DNA of 60,275 bases from positions 1 through 60,275 of the forward strand of contig WAOD01000062.1 in assembly GCA_015521465.1 (NCBI GenBank), in the 5' to 3' direction. The position numbers and the translations under genes were made by a program. Below the pieces are notes generated by a model, which did not search any database, was not told the origin of the DNA, and saw only the letters and a program-made list of their open reading frames with translations. The DNA is from DHVE2 group archaeon (GTDB taxonomy: Archaea; Thermoplasmatota; Thermoplasmata; Thermoplasmatales; Aciduliprofundaceae). The stretch's first letter is position 1. Each line of letters starts with the position of its first letter. Positions 16,601 through 26,148 of the stretch are shown in pieces.

Positions 16601-18302
16601 GCTCTATAACCAGACTAATCAGCATCCAATTGGCACCCAAACAATCGGTACGGTCCTTGCAGACTCCCCTGACGGAGCACTCGGGGATCTTGCATCTGGT
16701 CCTGCGTTTGATACTGCGTGGGAGTATGTGGGTATAAACGTGTATGCAAATTACAGTGATACCTCTCTTGGATTGCCTGGTGAGTGGAATGGTGTTGCTG
16801 ATAATACAAAGACTACTGTGAATTGGCTCGATTGGGGCTTTAACGCCACGGCAGCTTGGGGTGTTCCAAATAAAGAGACTACATATCAGTACATAAAGTG
16901 GTTCTATGGTATGGATATGGAGCCAATGAAGGTTGTTAACGGTACCGGGAACTTCGTGATTACAAGGGATCAGAGTTCTTACAGGGATCTTGTGGAGAGT
17001 CTGTATGTAGTAACAGGAGGAATTACATACTATGTTACCAATCCTGCAGTAAATGCATTTGTCATGTATGGGAACCAGGGCTTCCAGACTCAGATTGGCT
17101 TCCACAGGGCAATGAAGATACTGGTTGAGAATGTGAATATTGATCCGATGGTCACCCCAGGACATCAGTTCTCTGTTACGGCAACTGTCTTTGATCAGAA
17201 TAATACCCCTGTACCTAATGTGGTGGTTAGTGCATATAACAACGCTATAAAGAGCAAGGCCAAGTTCCCTGCTGTTACAGGAACTACCGATAAGAATGGT
17301 GTGGCTACTATGACTCCTACTGCGCCTGCGATTTCTTCTGCTTCTGAACTGACTGTCTATGTGAAGGCAAAGGGTGATTCTACTACTTACTCTGTGCTGG
17401 AGGGAACACAGATTGCAGTGTTGCCGCCATACATATTCATGACCGTAACTCCGCTTGTAAATGGTGCAACACTCGGAGACAAGGTTGCGTTTGATGTCTA
17501 TGTGACAGATTCCAGTGGGGCTCCTGTATCTGGTGTCTCTGTATCTGCAGCACCTACTATGGGGAATGCAACCACTGCCGGTGAGACTGCCGCCAATGGC
17601 CATGCAACCTTTGTGCTGGATACATCTACAATAGATCCTTCAATGGTGTCAACAAATGTGTTCTCTGTTTCTGTGACTGTGACTGGTCTTAAGAGTGGAT
17701 ACAGTCCTGTGTCTGCTACAACGGGTACAGTGATTGTGAAGGGATACCCACCGATACTGTCTATTGGCTTGGTCAATAATGCAAATGTATTTGCTGGTAA
17801 GAATAACATAAGTGGGTATGTTTATTCTACAGGTAATGTCAGTGTTCAGGTAAGCGTTGATGGAAGCACCCCTGCAAGTGCAACTTTGACAAAGGTTGGC
17901 GATGTAGTATACATGGGTAAACTCTTCCATAAGTACAAGTGGACATATTCTACCGATCTCAAGAGTGGTATGCACAATATAACCGTTACTGCGGTGGCTA
18001 GCGGTGGTGCAACTACGACACAGACCGTAGAAGTTAATGCCGCATCCAGTGCACCAGGCACGGCACCTAGCAATCCTGGTGGTGGAGCTGTAGTTGTCGG
18101 TGGCGTTGACATGTGGTTGATACTCTCAATAATACTGATACTCATCATAATTGTGATGGGTGCAATGCTTGCAAAGAAGGGCGGCAGTGGAACCAGTGTC
18201 CCTAAGGAAGAGCCAGTGGAAGAAGAGGAATCTGAAGAGGAAGAAGAGACTCCTGAGGAAGAAGAGACTCCCGAGGAAGAAGAGGGAGGTGAAGAACTAT
18301 AA
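13626..18302 (+). CDS. oppA: Giant family-5 (OppA/DppA-type) peptide-binding protein fused to a long Ig-like stalk, a TM anchor and an acidic tail
   Basis: Signal anchor. SBP_5-type N-terminal ~600 aa ('LAKSYQFYPNNYTVIIHLRENVTFQDGQPLTANDVIFSY'). Then ~850 aa of repeated 'VTV.V.D.NG.P..G..V' Ig-like modules. The TM is 'MWLILSIILILIIIVMGAML'. The tail is 'EEPVEEEESEEEEETPEEEETPEEEEGGEEL'. Confidence 0.85.
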   Translation: MNRRNWKRIMLVSIVLLAVIISGFSAMTHAMAPQPTTKAGGVLKIAMQQDMPNFNYFDLTSNTVWKSNVIGWNFESLIGMDYDGKAYPLLAKSYQFYPNNYTVIIHLRENVTFQDGQPLTANDVIFSYCAERQGTTVSGTSFTVPFDDNNDGVVSYSEIKNHVIYINKYTVKIVARQPYNYFFLGTLGIPIIPEHIWKNHLVSPDGSAVSVDSHGYTNGILDTSWNTDPKATIGTGPWMYAGGVKDSYRIEKPYQGYWGKNFKTPDGYPLWSKNVTEMDFKIYSNLDTAVLALQTGDVDYIAWSIQPGKVPILKQDPNIKLHYMADNGYFYLAFNEKQYPANYIAFRHAVSHVIDKQTAVQRYLGGFGRAGDSVEPPFLSAWYNASVQHYPYSLSTAKKILDGQLVQADNGFIEQNPAWGEKFVDVNGDGWRDLPDGSPMPPITLFTPPADYDPVRIKVGQGIASNLRSIGVNIQAKPVDFDTLVAYMQSYNYIMLELGWSLGTDAIGNVQDIFGPHSMQNTWGWWNASSPNPFYVNAGGVKNTRADKMSQDYATLFSKVINKAATTFNTTKQIKYTKWAQDIIAKATVVNVLYYRLNIEATRKSWSGWVEWQGSVFNGFSLAELHKGSIGGGGVAPPTPGEKSMGVSLNVPGRVLVNGNGTGSVYVMDSNGIPLKGAKVTLKSSNTTLLTLMQSGGTTNANGVYTFKFKGVNTGFAQVKVSVSANGYPVVNKTATIEVVNKVMHVLSATVTADKLSLSPGAQTKVTVHVVDQDGKNVSGVTVSVDKNLVGYGTLDKYTGTTDANGDITFTYTAPSAEDMNKLFVNMHTIGKLVFTISKPGYAHSNTPVLQLITYNTNPSIWDIVRVTSATNWTVNATSLSTDITIKAIGVDGSALNDTVVDISYSNATYLADAPANVTTDSNGIAHVHLTFNKGLSTKVVIVKFHIPSIHSIDDAADILYWNGSVGVPLYGGHISADPFMVGADNINYTVELYNQTNQHPIGTQTIGTVLADSPDGALGDLASGPAFDTAWEYVGINVYANYSDTSLGLPGEWNGVADNTKTTVNWLDWGFNATAAWGVPNKETTYQYIKWFYGMDMEPMKVVNGTGNFVITRDQSSYRDLVESLYVVTGGITYYVTNPAVNAFVMYGNQGFQTQIGFHRAMKILVENVNIDPMVTPGHQFSVTATVFDQNNTPVPNVVVSAYNNAIKSKAKFPAVTGTTDKNGVATMTPTAPAISSASELTVYVKAKGDSTTYSVLEGTQIAVLPPYIFMTVTPLVNGATLGDKVAFDVYVTDSSGAPVSGVSVSAAPTMGNATTAGETAANGHATFVLDTSTIDPSMVSTNVFSVSVTVTGLKSGYSPVSATTGTVIVKGYPPILSIGLVNNANVFAGKNNISGYVYSTGNVSVQVSVDGSTPASATLTKVGDVVYMGKLFHKYKWTYSTDLKSGMHNITVTAVASGGATTTQTVEVNAASSAPGTAPSNPGGGAVVVGGVDMWLILSIILILIIIVMGAMLAKKGGSGTSVPKEEPVEEEESEEEEETPEEEETPEEEEGGEEL

Positions 18303-18364
18303 ATTCTTCTCTTTATTTTTTTAATATTTTTGTTCTCGTGGTGGTGTTTGGAGGTGAATAAATT

Positions 18365-19363
18365 ATGGGTCCGTTAGGTGCGTATGTCATTAAAAGAACA
18401 ATACAACTGGTAATAACGCTCATTGTGATTATGACTATAATATTTGCGCTTCTTGAGGCTTTGCCCGCAAAGCCTTATCAGCTTTTAATGCAATCTCCTG
18501 GTCTTACTCCTCAGCAGAAGGAGGCTATGATTAAGGAGATGGGTTATGATAAATCCGTTTGGCAGAGGTATCTTATTTATATGACTAATATGTTCACGTT
18601 CAATTTTGGTCGCTCTTTTATGACTGGTCAATCGGTAAATTATTTGCTGTTTGGCGGTTATGATGATGTAACACATTCCTACGTGTACGGGCGTTTGTGG
18701 AACACCCTCATTTTGTTTGGTTTGGCTACTATATTGGCGTATCTTATTGGGTATTTCTTAGGAGCAATTGTTGCTTGGAAAAGAGGAAGTTGGCTGGATT
18801 CCGGGACTATTGTTACGAGCCTGATATTCTACAATATGCCTACATTCTGGTTGGGTTTGATTTTCATATATGTATTCGCTTTTGAGTTAGGGTGGTTCCC
18901 GTTACGTGCTAATGCATGGATGCAGTATGGGTACTTTTCCATAGCTTTTGTGAAAGCACTTATTATGCCTTTGACTGTACTGTTGCTTGTAAGTCTTGCA
19001 GGAACCACGCTATTGATGAGAACAAGCATGCTTGATGTGATGGGTGAAGAGTACATAGTTACTGCAAAGGCAAAGGGACTTCCTGAGAAAAGGGTGCTTT
19101 ATAAACATGCAGCCAGAAACGCGTTACTGCCATTGGTTACATCTTTTGTGATAGCACTTGCGTTTACGGTGGCCGGTGGCGTTATTACCGAACAGGTGTT
19201 CACGTATCCTGGTGTTGGTTTGCTCTATATTACTGCTTTGATGCAGCTGGATTTGCCCATTGTATATGCAACACTTTACATAATCACGCTGCTGGTATTG
19301 ATTGGAAACTTTGTGGCTGACTTACTGTATGGTGTACTCGATCCAAGAGTGAGGATTCAGTAA
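18365..19363 (+). CDS. oppB: Peptide ABC transporter permease (OppB/DppB type)
   Basis: 'YVIKRTIQLVITLIVIMTIIF' N-terminus. 'EEYIVTAKAKGLPEKRVLYKHAARNALLPLVT' EAA loop. Confidence 0.9.
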   Translation: MGPLGAYVIKRTIQLVITLIVIMTIIFALLEALPAKPYQLLMQSPGLTPQQKEAMIKEMGYDKSVWQRYLIYMTNMFTFNFGRSFMTGQSVNYLLFGGYDDVTHSYVYGRLWNTLILFGLATILAYLIGYFLGAIVAWKRGSWLDSGTIVTSLIFYNMPTFWLGLIFIYVFAFELGWFPLRANAWMQYGYFSIAFVKALIMPLTVLLLVSLAGTTLLMRTSMLDVMGEEYIVTAKAKGLPEKRVLYKHAARNALLPLVTSFVIALAFTVAGGVITEQVFTYPGVGLLYITALMQLDLPIVYATLYIITLLVLIGNFVADLLYGVLDPRVRIQ

Positions 19364-19377
19364 GGAGGTGAATTAAT

Positions 19378-21687
19378 ATGAAATCTGTTAGATGGGATGA
19401 AATGAAACGTAGTATGGAAAGGGCTATAAAAACCAATTGGAGTCTGTTTAAACAGAGTAAGTTAGGAGTGGTCGGTTTGGCAATAATCACTTTTTTTATT
19501 ATTATTGCAATATTTGCACCGGTAATTCCATTTACCTATTCCCCAACCTATTTGGCTCCTGCTGGTGATTTGTTTGAGATAGATAATTCTACTAAGACAA
19601 TACCGACACAAGGAAATTGGCATTCTCCTGTATCCGTGCTTACTCCGAGGACATCCTATGGTAAGAATTCTATGATTGCTGGCGTGTTGCTCTATTCCTC
19701 GTCAGGGAAATCATATTTCTACCCTAGGGATTTCTCCAATACTACATTACTTAGATTGAATAATCCTATAAGCAGGGACATACCTGTGGGGATGAAAGAT
19801 ATGGTATATCTAAAGGAAAATACAAAGATTATTGGTATCACTAACAACTCTATGTACATGTATTCTGTTCATTTTTACAGAAATTTAGAAGATGTGGTAC
19901 TTGACAATTTCTTAAAGAATCCCACTGTGGTTCGCTTACCATATCATGTTCAGTATTTCTCTAATGTGTGGGATTACAACGTTACTGTAACTTCCAATAC
20001 TCATGCATTGGTGGCTATAGCTCTTGCAGGTGGGCACAATGTTACAATATTTATGTGGGAGTATCTTGTTGCCAATATGGGGGGGCTTCCTTATGTTGTT
20101 GCTCCTGGTTTGCACTTTGTATATAACTTTACAGTGAATTCTACTATTGAGGCTAATCCCCAAATCAGGTTTGATACTGCAAATCATCATACATGGGTTA
20201 TAGTGCCTACAAAGAGTGCAATTGAAAAGTATAACATTTTGCTGAAATATAAATCAACGGGCGGCGAGGAAAATATAAAGTATGTGGATGGAATCGCAGG
20301 TAAGCAATTGGACTGGAAATATTCTTTAAATGCAGCAGGTGAGCAGTTAGCAGGGAGCCATAGCGTTAGCTTGGTTTATGCACAGGCAGGACAGGGTATA
20401 AAAAGGAGTAGGGATGTAGTGGTAATACTTTGCAAGAACAATTATGCTCTGGGTATATTTGCTAACAATGGAACTTTGGCATGGAACAATACTATTTCCC
20501 TAAATCCCATGGATCCGCGTATTCATGCGTTGAATGTTATTGGTTTGCATGGAACTATAAGAGAATTTACCATGATTTACGGGACAACGAATGTGGGGAG
20601 CTTCGTTGCAAAATTGGATCCATCTACGGGAGTGGTAATGGATAATCGCACTTCATATTTGGTGCTGAAAGGTGATATAAATTACGTATCTCAGTATGAC
20701 CAGGGAGCTAGATCGTATTATGTTAGTACTAAACAGGGATCTATATATGAGATTAGTGAACAGTTTAGAACCGAATTGATGGGTGGTGCAAGAGGAATTG
20801 GTTTGAACAAGTCGTTTATGGTTTTGGGTGGTGCAGCAACTCCTGCTGTTTATCTTGGTACAGTTTTCCCAATGTCTGGCCAAACTGGTACATATATAGG
20901 TGTGGTTACAAAACAGAATACTTTATATCTCCAGGCGTCTGGTGGCTCTCGTATCCCTACTGTGGTCATTCCACCATTTGGACATGGGCGCTATTCTGGT
21001 AATTTCTACCTGTTTGGAACTGATTACGAGGGTCATGATATCTGGACTTGGCTTGTTTACGGCGCAAGGACATCGCTTCTTGTAGGTCTTACCGCTGCAA
21101 TTATTTCTGTGCTGGCGGGTACTTTCATAGGGATAATCTCTGGTTTCTACGGTGGTTGGATTGACATAGTCATTATGAGAACAGTAGATATTATCCTTAC
21201 TTTACCTGGTATTGTCATTATGCTTTTGCTTGCTGCGGTTTTAGGACCTAACATATGGAACATCGTATTGATCATATCAGTGTTGGGTTGGGCAGGAATT
21301 GCAAGAGTTATCCGTGCTGTAACATTATCTTTGAAGAACAGGCCATTCATGGATGCGGCCAGGGTTGCTGGGGCATCCAATGCGAGAATGATAACCGTGC
21401 ATATCTTCCCTAACGTGCTTCCATTGACTTTCCTGTACATGACCTTTGGTGTGGCCGGAGCGATTCTTTCGGAGGCGGCTCTTGCCTTCCTGGGACTTGG
21501 AGATCCTAATTCAATATCCTGGGGTATGATGCTTCAGTATCTAAGGATGTACGCACAGCAGACAAATCCGAACGCGTGGGGATGGCTCGTCATGCCTGGT
21601 GTGTTTATAACTTTGATTAGCCTTTCGTTCTATCTGGTTGGCAGGGCATTTGACGAGATAGTGAATCCGCGCTTGAGGAAGAGGTGA
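19378..21687 (+). CDS. oppC: Peptide ABC transporter permease (OppC/DppC type) with a ~500-aa extracellular insert after TM1
   Basis: OppC_N-like start ('FKQSKLGVVGLAIITFF'). The canonical permease core occupies only the last ~220 aa ('MDAARVAGASNARMITVHIFPNVLP'). Confidence 0.85.
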   Translation: MKSVRWDEMKRSMERAIKTNWSLFKQSKLGVVGLAIITFFIIIAIFAPVIPFTYSPTYLAPAGDLFEIDNSTKTIPTQGNWHSPVSVLTPRTSYGKNSMIAGVLLYSSSGKSYFYPRDFSNTTLLRLNNPISRDIPVGMKDMVYLKENTKIIGITNNSMYMYSVHFYRNLEDVVLDNFLKNPTVVRLPYHVQYFSNVWDYNVTVTSNTHALVAIALAGGHNVTIFMWEYLVANMGGLPYVVAPGLHFVYNFTVNSTIEANPQIRFDTANHHTWVIVPTKSAIEKYNILLKYKSTGGEENIKYVDGIAGKQLDWKYSLNAAGEQLAGSHSVSLVYAQAGQGIKRSRDVVVILCKNNYALGIFANNGTLAWNNTISLNPMDPRIHALNVIGLHGTIREFTMIYGTTNVGSFVAKLDPSTGVVMDNRTSYLVLKGDINYVSQYDQGARSYYVSTKQGSIYEISEQFRTELMGGARGIGLNKSFMVLGGAATPAVYLGTVFPMSGQTGTYIGVVTKQNTLYLQASGGSRIPTVVIPPFGHGRYSGNFYLFGTDYEGHDIWTWLVYGARTSLLVGLTAAIISVLAGTFIGIISGFYGGWIDIVIMRTVDIILTLPGIVIMLLLAAVLGPNIWNIVLIISVLGWAGIARVIRAVTLSLKNRPFMDAARVAGASNARMITVHIFPNVLPLTFLYMTFGVAGAILSEAALAFLGLGDPNSISWGMMLQYLRMYAQQTNPNAWGWLVMPGVFITLISLSFYLVGRAFDEIVNPRLRKR

Positions 21688-22733
21688 TAAAAATGGATGA
21701 CAACTTGCTTACTGTAAAGAACCTTTCGGTACACTATAAAATCAGGAACGGGTGGGTTTACGCCGTGGACGACGTTAACTTCACTCTTAAACGCGGTGAA
21801 ACTATGGGCCTGGTAGGTGAATCAGGATGCGGTAAGACCACAACAGGTTATGCTGTTACTCAGCTTCTTGCAGATAACGCCTATTTGAAGAGCAACAGCA
21901 AGGTTGTGTTTGATGGCACAGATTTGATAAAGATAGGTACGTACCCGAGCAAACAATACAAAGGATACCGAAAAATTGATGAATACAATCCAAAAATGCG
22001 CTCTTACAGGTGGAAACGAATTTCTATGATTTTCCAGGGTGCCATGAATGCTTTTAATCCTGTGTACACTGTTGGTGATCAAATAAAGGAAGCTATATTG
22101 CAACACGAGGAACTCACTGATGAGGAAGTTAGAAAGAGAATAGAAATGCTGTTTGATTTGGTGGGCATACCAAAGGATCGTATAGATAATTACCCTCACG
22201 AGTACAGTGGTGGTATGAAACAGAGAGCCATGATTGCCATGTCCCTTGCTCTTAGCCCTGATTTAATAATCGCAGATGAGCCGACAACGGCTCTGGATGT
22301 GGTTACCCAGGACCGTATACTGGGTAAAATCTCTGAGCTTCAAAGAAGGGAGAACGTGGCAATGATACTGATAACACACGATGTTAGCGTGGTTGCAGAG
22401 ATGGCTGAAAAGATGGCAGTTATGTATGCAGGTCATCTTGTTGAAAAGGGAACTGCGAGGGAGATATTCAAGGAGACTGCACATCCTTACACAGAGGCTT
22501 TGCTTAAGGCATTTCCAAGCATAAAGGGGGAAAAGAAGAGGTTAAGGTCAATACCTGGAAGCCCTCCAGATTTGGCAAATCCTCCAAAGGGATGCAGGTT
22601 TGCACCAAGATGCCCTTATGCAAAAGATATATGTCTTGAAAAGGAGCCACCTGTAGTTGAGATATCTCCAGGGCATTTGTCCAAGTGTCATTTCGCAGAA
22701 GAGCTATATGGCGAGTTGAGTGGTGGTGAGTAA
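21684..22733 (+). CDS. oppD: Peptide ABC transporter ATPase (OppD type)
   Basis: Walker A 'GESGCGKT'. Signature 'YSGGMKQR'. Walker B 'LIIADEPT'. C-terminal 'GCRFAPRCPYA' oligopeptide-type Cys motif. Confidence 0.9.
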   Translation: MIKMDDNLLTVKNLSVHYKIRNGWVYAVDDVNFTLKRGETMGLVGESGCGKTTTGYAVTQLLADNAYLKSNSKVVFDGTDLIKIGTYPSKQYKGYRKIDEYNPKMRSYRWKRISMIFQGAMNAFNPVYTVGDQIKEAILQHEELTDEEVRKRIEMLFDLVGIPKDRIDNYPHEYSGGMKQRAMIAMSLALSPDLIIADEPTTALDVVTQDRILGKISELQRRENVAMILITHDVSVVAEMAEKMAVMYAGHLVEKGTAREIFKETAHPYTEALLKAFPSIKGEKKRLRSIPGSPPDLANPPKGCRFAPRCPYAKDICLEKEPPVVEISPGHLSKCHFAEELYGELSGGE

Positions 22734-22734
22734 G

Positions 22735-23778
22735 ATGGCAGGGTATACTGATGGTAAGGTTATTGTGAAGGTTAGAAATCTCAAAAAATACTTCGACTTG
22801 CATGTGGGTATGTTCAAGTTTTCTGGGGAGCCTCTGTACGTGAAGGCAGTGGATGGTATATCCTTTGACTTACACGAGGGAGAAGTCATTGGTTTGGTGG
22901 GTGAATCTGGATGCGGTAAATCCACAACGGGCAGACTGTTAACGCGTCTCGAGGTCCCTACCAGTGGTTCTGTGCTTTTCGAGGGAAAGGATATTGCAAA
23001 GCTATCTGGAAAAGAGCTCAAGAGCTATCGTAGACACGTGCAGATGATATTTCAGGATCCGTATGAATCTCTGAATCCCAGGTTTACCGTGCAGAAAACT
23101 ATCATGGAACCCCTAATAATACACGGTATCGGTGAGACCTACGATGATAGAGTTGAGATGGTTATAAAAGCTCTGGAAGATGCAGGATTAAGACCTGCCG
23201 AGGAGTACCTTTCAAGATACCCTCACCAGATGAGCGGAGGTCAGAGACAGAGAGTTGCTATTGCAAGGGCTATGGTTCTTAAACCAAAGTTCATAGTTGC
23301 CGATGAGCCTGTATCCATGCTGGATGTATCTATAAGAGCCGGTGTTATGAATTTAATGCTTGATTTGAGAGAGAAGTACAAGATACCATACATCTTCATA
23401 ACCCACGATATTGCGGTTGCGAGGTACATGTCTGATCGTATTGCCGTGATGTACCTTGGCAAGATTGTAGAAATTGGAGAGACCGACGAGGTTATTTTCA
23501 ACCACGTACATCCCTACACCCGCGCTCTTATATCTGCGGTTCCAGTGCCTGACCCGGACCACAAGCATGGTAGGGTTGAGATAAAGGGAGAAATACCGAG
23601 CCCTATAAACTTGCCAAAAGGCTGTCGTTTCTGGCCAAGGTGCCCGTATGCGCAGAAGGGCATTTGCGACAAGAAAGAACCACCTCTTAAAGAGATTTCA
23701 CCGGGACACTTTGTAGCGTGCCACTTTGCAGAGAAGTTCATGGAAGAGGAGCCCACTGAGAAAACGGTGGAGGTATGA
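22735..23778 (+). CDS. oppF: Peptide ABC transporter ATPase (OppF type)
   Basis: 'GESGCGKST', 'MSGGQRQR', 'FIVADEPV', 'GCRFWPRCPYA'. The ATG lies right after the oppD stop; the ORF is open from 22720. Confidence 0.9.
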   Translation: MAGYTDGKVIVKVRNLKKYFDLHVGMFKFSGEPLYVKAVDGISFDLHEGEVIGLVGESGCGKSTTGRLLTRLEVPTSGSVLFEGKDIAKLSGKELKSYRRHVQMIFQDPYESLNPRFTVQKTIMEPLIIHGIGETYDDRVEMVIKALEDAGLRPAEEYLSRYPHQMSGGQRQRVAIARAMVLKPKFIVADEPVSMLDVSIRAGVMNLMLDLREKYKIPYIFITHDIAVARYMSDRIAVMYLGKIVEIGETDEVIFNHVHPYTRALISAVPVPDPDHKHGRVEIKGEIPSPINLPKGCRFWPRCPYAQKGICDKKEPPLKEISPGHFVACHFAEKFMEEEPTEKTVEV

Positions 23779-23785
23779 TTTGTAG

Positions 23786-24358
23786 ATGAATAACCTGAGG
23801 CTGATTTTCTATATTTTTATTTTTTTGTCAATTTTCTTATTTGTATCAGGTGCGTATTCAGGTTACTCCCTTGCTAACTTGGAGAAAACGAGAACGGTTT
23901 TAATTAATAGCAATCCTCAGAACGTCAGTTTTCGCGTGTATTTTAATAATACTTCTTATGTACCAAATATAAAATTCACCCTTGTTAATCCTGGGCACAT
24001 GAAATTTACGGTGGAACAAATCACATGGCATGTTTTTTTAGTAAATGGTTCGGTTAAGCATCAGGCGAACAACTACGTGTATTTTTTCTTCAATAATAAG
24101 GTTTTTTTGCCTCCTGGTGGTCATAAGCGCATATCAATTATTGATAATCTTACTACGCATATCTGGCAATCTTATATTCTCTCACAGGTAAGATGGCTAT
24201 CCAAAAAATATGGATGCAATAATGTTACATGGTACACAACCTTGGATATTAGAGGTTTTGTAGGTGATTATAATACTGAACAGTACAGGTACAACGTGAG
24301 AACATGGTACCTGTGGAACTTGCCTGCAGTGGAGCTGTCGTACTATGGATATAGCTGA
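23786..24358 (+). CDS. Hypothetical membrane-anchored extracellular protein
   Basis: N-terminal hydrophobic anchor 'LIFYIFIFLSIFLFVSGA'. It has sequons but no recognised motif. Confidence 0.45.
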   Translation: MNNLRLIFYIFIFLSIFLFVSGAYSGYSLANLEKTRTVLINSNPQNVSFRVYFNNTSYVPNIKFTLVNPGHMKFTVEQITWHVFLVNGSVKHQANNYVYFFFNNKVFLPPGGHKRISIIDNLTTHIWQSYILSQVRWLSKKYGCNNVTWYTTLDIRGFVGDYNTEQYRYNVRTWYLWNLPAVELSYYGYS

Positions 24359-24776
24359 GAAAATACATGTTTTTTCTCGCATTCTTTTATTTGTCTTACT
24401 TACTACACCCGTATACTCTTATCTAACGTTTTATCTTGTGTACCCTGTTATTTGTGTTTTGCCCGTTGGAGCGTATCCGTATACCTATTTGTTAGACGTT
24501 TTTTATGCAATAGTCATTGGTCTTTTTCTTGGGATATTAATCGAGTCTCTTCAGGAAATATTTTTGGTGATCATTGTCTCTTCCTTCTTAGGATATATTC
24601 TTGCAATAGTTTATCAGGCATTTCCCTATTTTTTGTATGGCTATTCTCTCTATATTAGTGATATCGTTATTATGCGATTTGTAGAATACAGCTGGTTAGT
24701 CTTTATAATTTACCCTATGATGGGAATCATTGGTGGTCTCATAGGAGGATATATACGAGATAAATTGGAAGATTGA
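24345..24776 (+). CDS. Hypothetical polytopic membrane protein
   Basis: 143 aa, four hydrophobic segments. It overlaps the previous stop. Confidence 0.45.
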   Translation: MDIAEKIHVFSRILLFVLLTTPVYSYLTFYLVYPVICVLPVGAYPYTYLLDVFYAIVIGLFLGILIESLQEIFLVIIVSSFLGYILAIVYQAFPYFLYGYSLYISDIVIMRFVEYSWLVFIIYPMMGIIGGLIGGYIRDKLED

Positions 24777-26072
24777 TTATGGTTTAACCCTCCTTATAGT
24801 CCTCGGATACGGAATTGCGTACTTTATATGCTCCAAGCCTGCAATCCACCATACGAGCCTGTCCACTCCAAGTCCGAATCCCGCGTGAGGTACACTTCCG
24901 TATTTTCTCAGGTCCACGTACCAGTAGTAATCCTCTGGATTGAGGTTTTCCTCTTCAAGTCTTTTAAGCAGCACATCTAACTTGTATATCCTTTCTCCTC
25001 CACCTATAACCTCTCCGTAACCTTCAGGAGCAAGCATATCATGGCAAAGGACTACCTTGGGATTTTCTGGGTCTGGCCTGTGATAGAATGGTTTTATTTC
25101 TATTGGGTAATGTGTTATGAATACCGGCTTGTCAAAATTTTTGGTGATGGCTGATTCCTCATCGGCACCCAGATCATCTCCGTATTTCATGGATACTCCG
25201 TGCTCATTGGCAAAATCTACAAGTTTCTCGTATTTCATTCTTTCAAATGGCTTTTCTATGTTCTCTAACATTTTTGTATCCCTGTTCAGTATTTTTAATT
25301 CTTTTTTTCTGTCTTGAAGTACTTTCTGAACAATTTGAACAGTCATTTCTTCTTCGTCGTCAATCATATCGCTGTTGTGGTACCATGCGGCTTCCGCCTC
25401 AGCATGCCAGTATTCAGTCAGATGCCTCCTTGTTCTGCTTTTTTCTGCTCTAAAACTTGGTGCCACTGTATACACTTTTTCCAGGGAAAATATTAATGTT
25501 TCAAGGTAAAACTGAGAACTCTGGGTCAGGTACGCTTTTCTGTTGAAATATGGGACTTCAAACAGCGTTGAACCACCTTCTACAGCACCTGTTACAAACA
25601 TTGGGCCCTGTGTTTCATAGTATCCTTTTTCTCTAAAGAAATCATGTAACGCTCCGAAAATGGTTGACCTTATTTTGAGTATTGCATTCATCTCCCTGCT
25701 TCTTACCCATAGATGCCTGTTGTCTAAAAGGAACTCATCGCTCTTGTCTTTGGATATGGGAAAATTGAAAGAAGGTCCGACGATCTCTAAATTTTTCGCG
25801 TGTATTTCGTATCCAGTTGGCGCCCTCTCTTCTTTTGCGATGATTCCCGAAATCTTTATTGATGATTCCACCCCAACCTTGTCCAGCTCTTTGAATTTCT
25901 CGTTACCCACCACCTTTTTTTCTACCACACATTGTACAATGTCTGTGGAATCTCTCAAAACTACAAATATGAGCTTTCCAGTTCTTCTCTTTCTGTAAAT
26001 CCACCCTCTTAGCTCCACATCTTTACCAATCCAGTCATCGTTTAATATTTCCTGAACGTGTTTTATTACCAT
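24777..26072 (-). CDS. asnS: Asparaginyl-tRNA synthetase (class IIb)
   Basis: 'FRAEKSRTRRHLTEYWHAEAE' (motif 2 region). 'DMLAPEGYGEVIGGGER'. 'YYWYVDLRKYGSVPHAGFGLGVDRL' (AsnRS-type motif 3). Confidence 0.8.
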   Translation of the reverse strand: MVIKHVQEILNDDWIGKDVELRGWIYRKRRTGKLIFVVLRDSTDIVQCVVEKKVVGNEKFKELDKVGVESSIKISGIIAKEERAPTGYEIHAKNLEIVGPSFNFPISKDKSDEFLLDNRHLWVRSREMNAILKIRSTIFGALHDFFREKGYYETQGPMFVTGAVEGGSTLFEVPYFNRKAYLTQSSQFYLETLIFSLEKVYTVAPSFRAEKSRTRRHLTEYWHAEAEAAWYHNSDMIDDEEEMTVQIVQKVLQDRKKELKILNRDTKMLENIEKPFERMKYEKLVDFANEHGVSMKYGDDLGADEESAITKNFDKPVFITHYPIEIKPFYHRPDPENPKVVLCHDMLAPEGYGEVIGGGERIYKLDVLLKRLEEENLNPEDYYWYVDLRKYGSVPHAGFGLGVDRLVWWIAGLEHIKYAIPYPRTIRRVKP

Positions 26073-26148
26073 ACATCTCCCAATGATATTTCTCTATTTA
26101 TACCTTAGCTGAGCAATGTTTATATTTTGTTAGGTATTACCTAACCGC

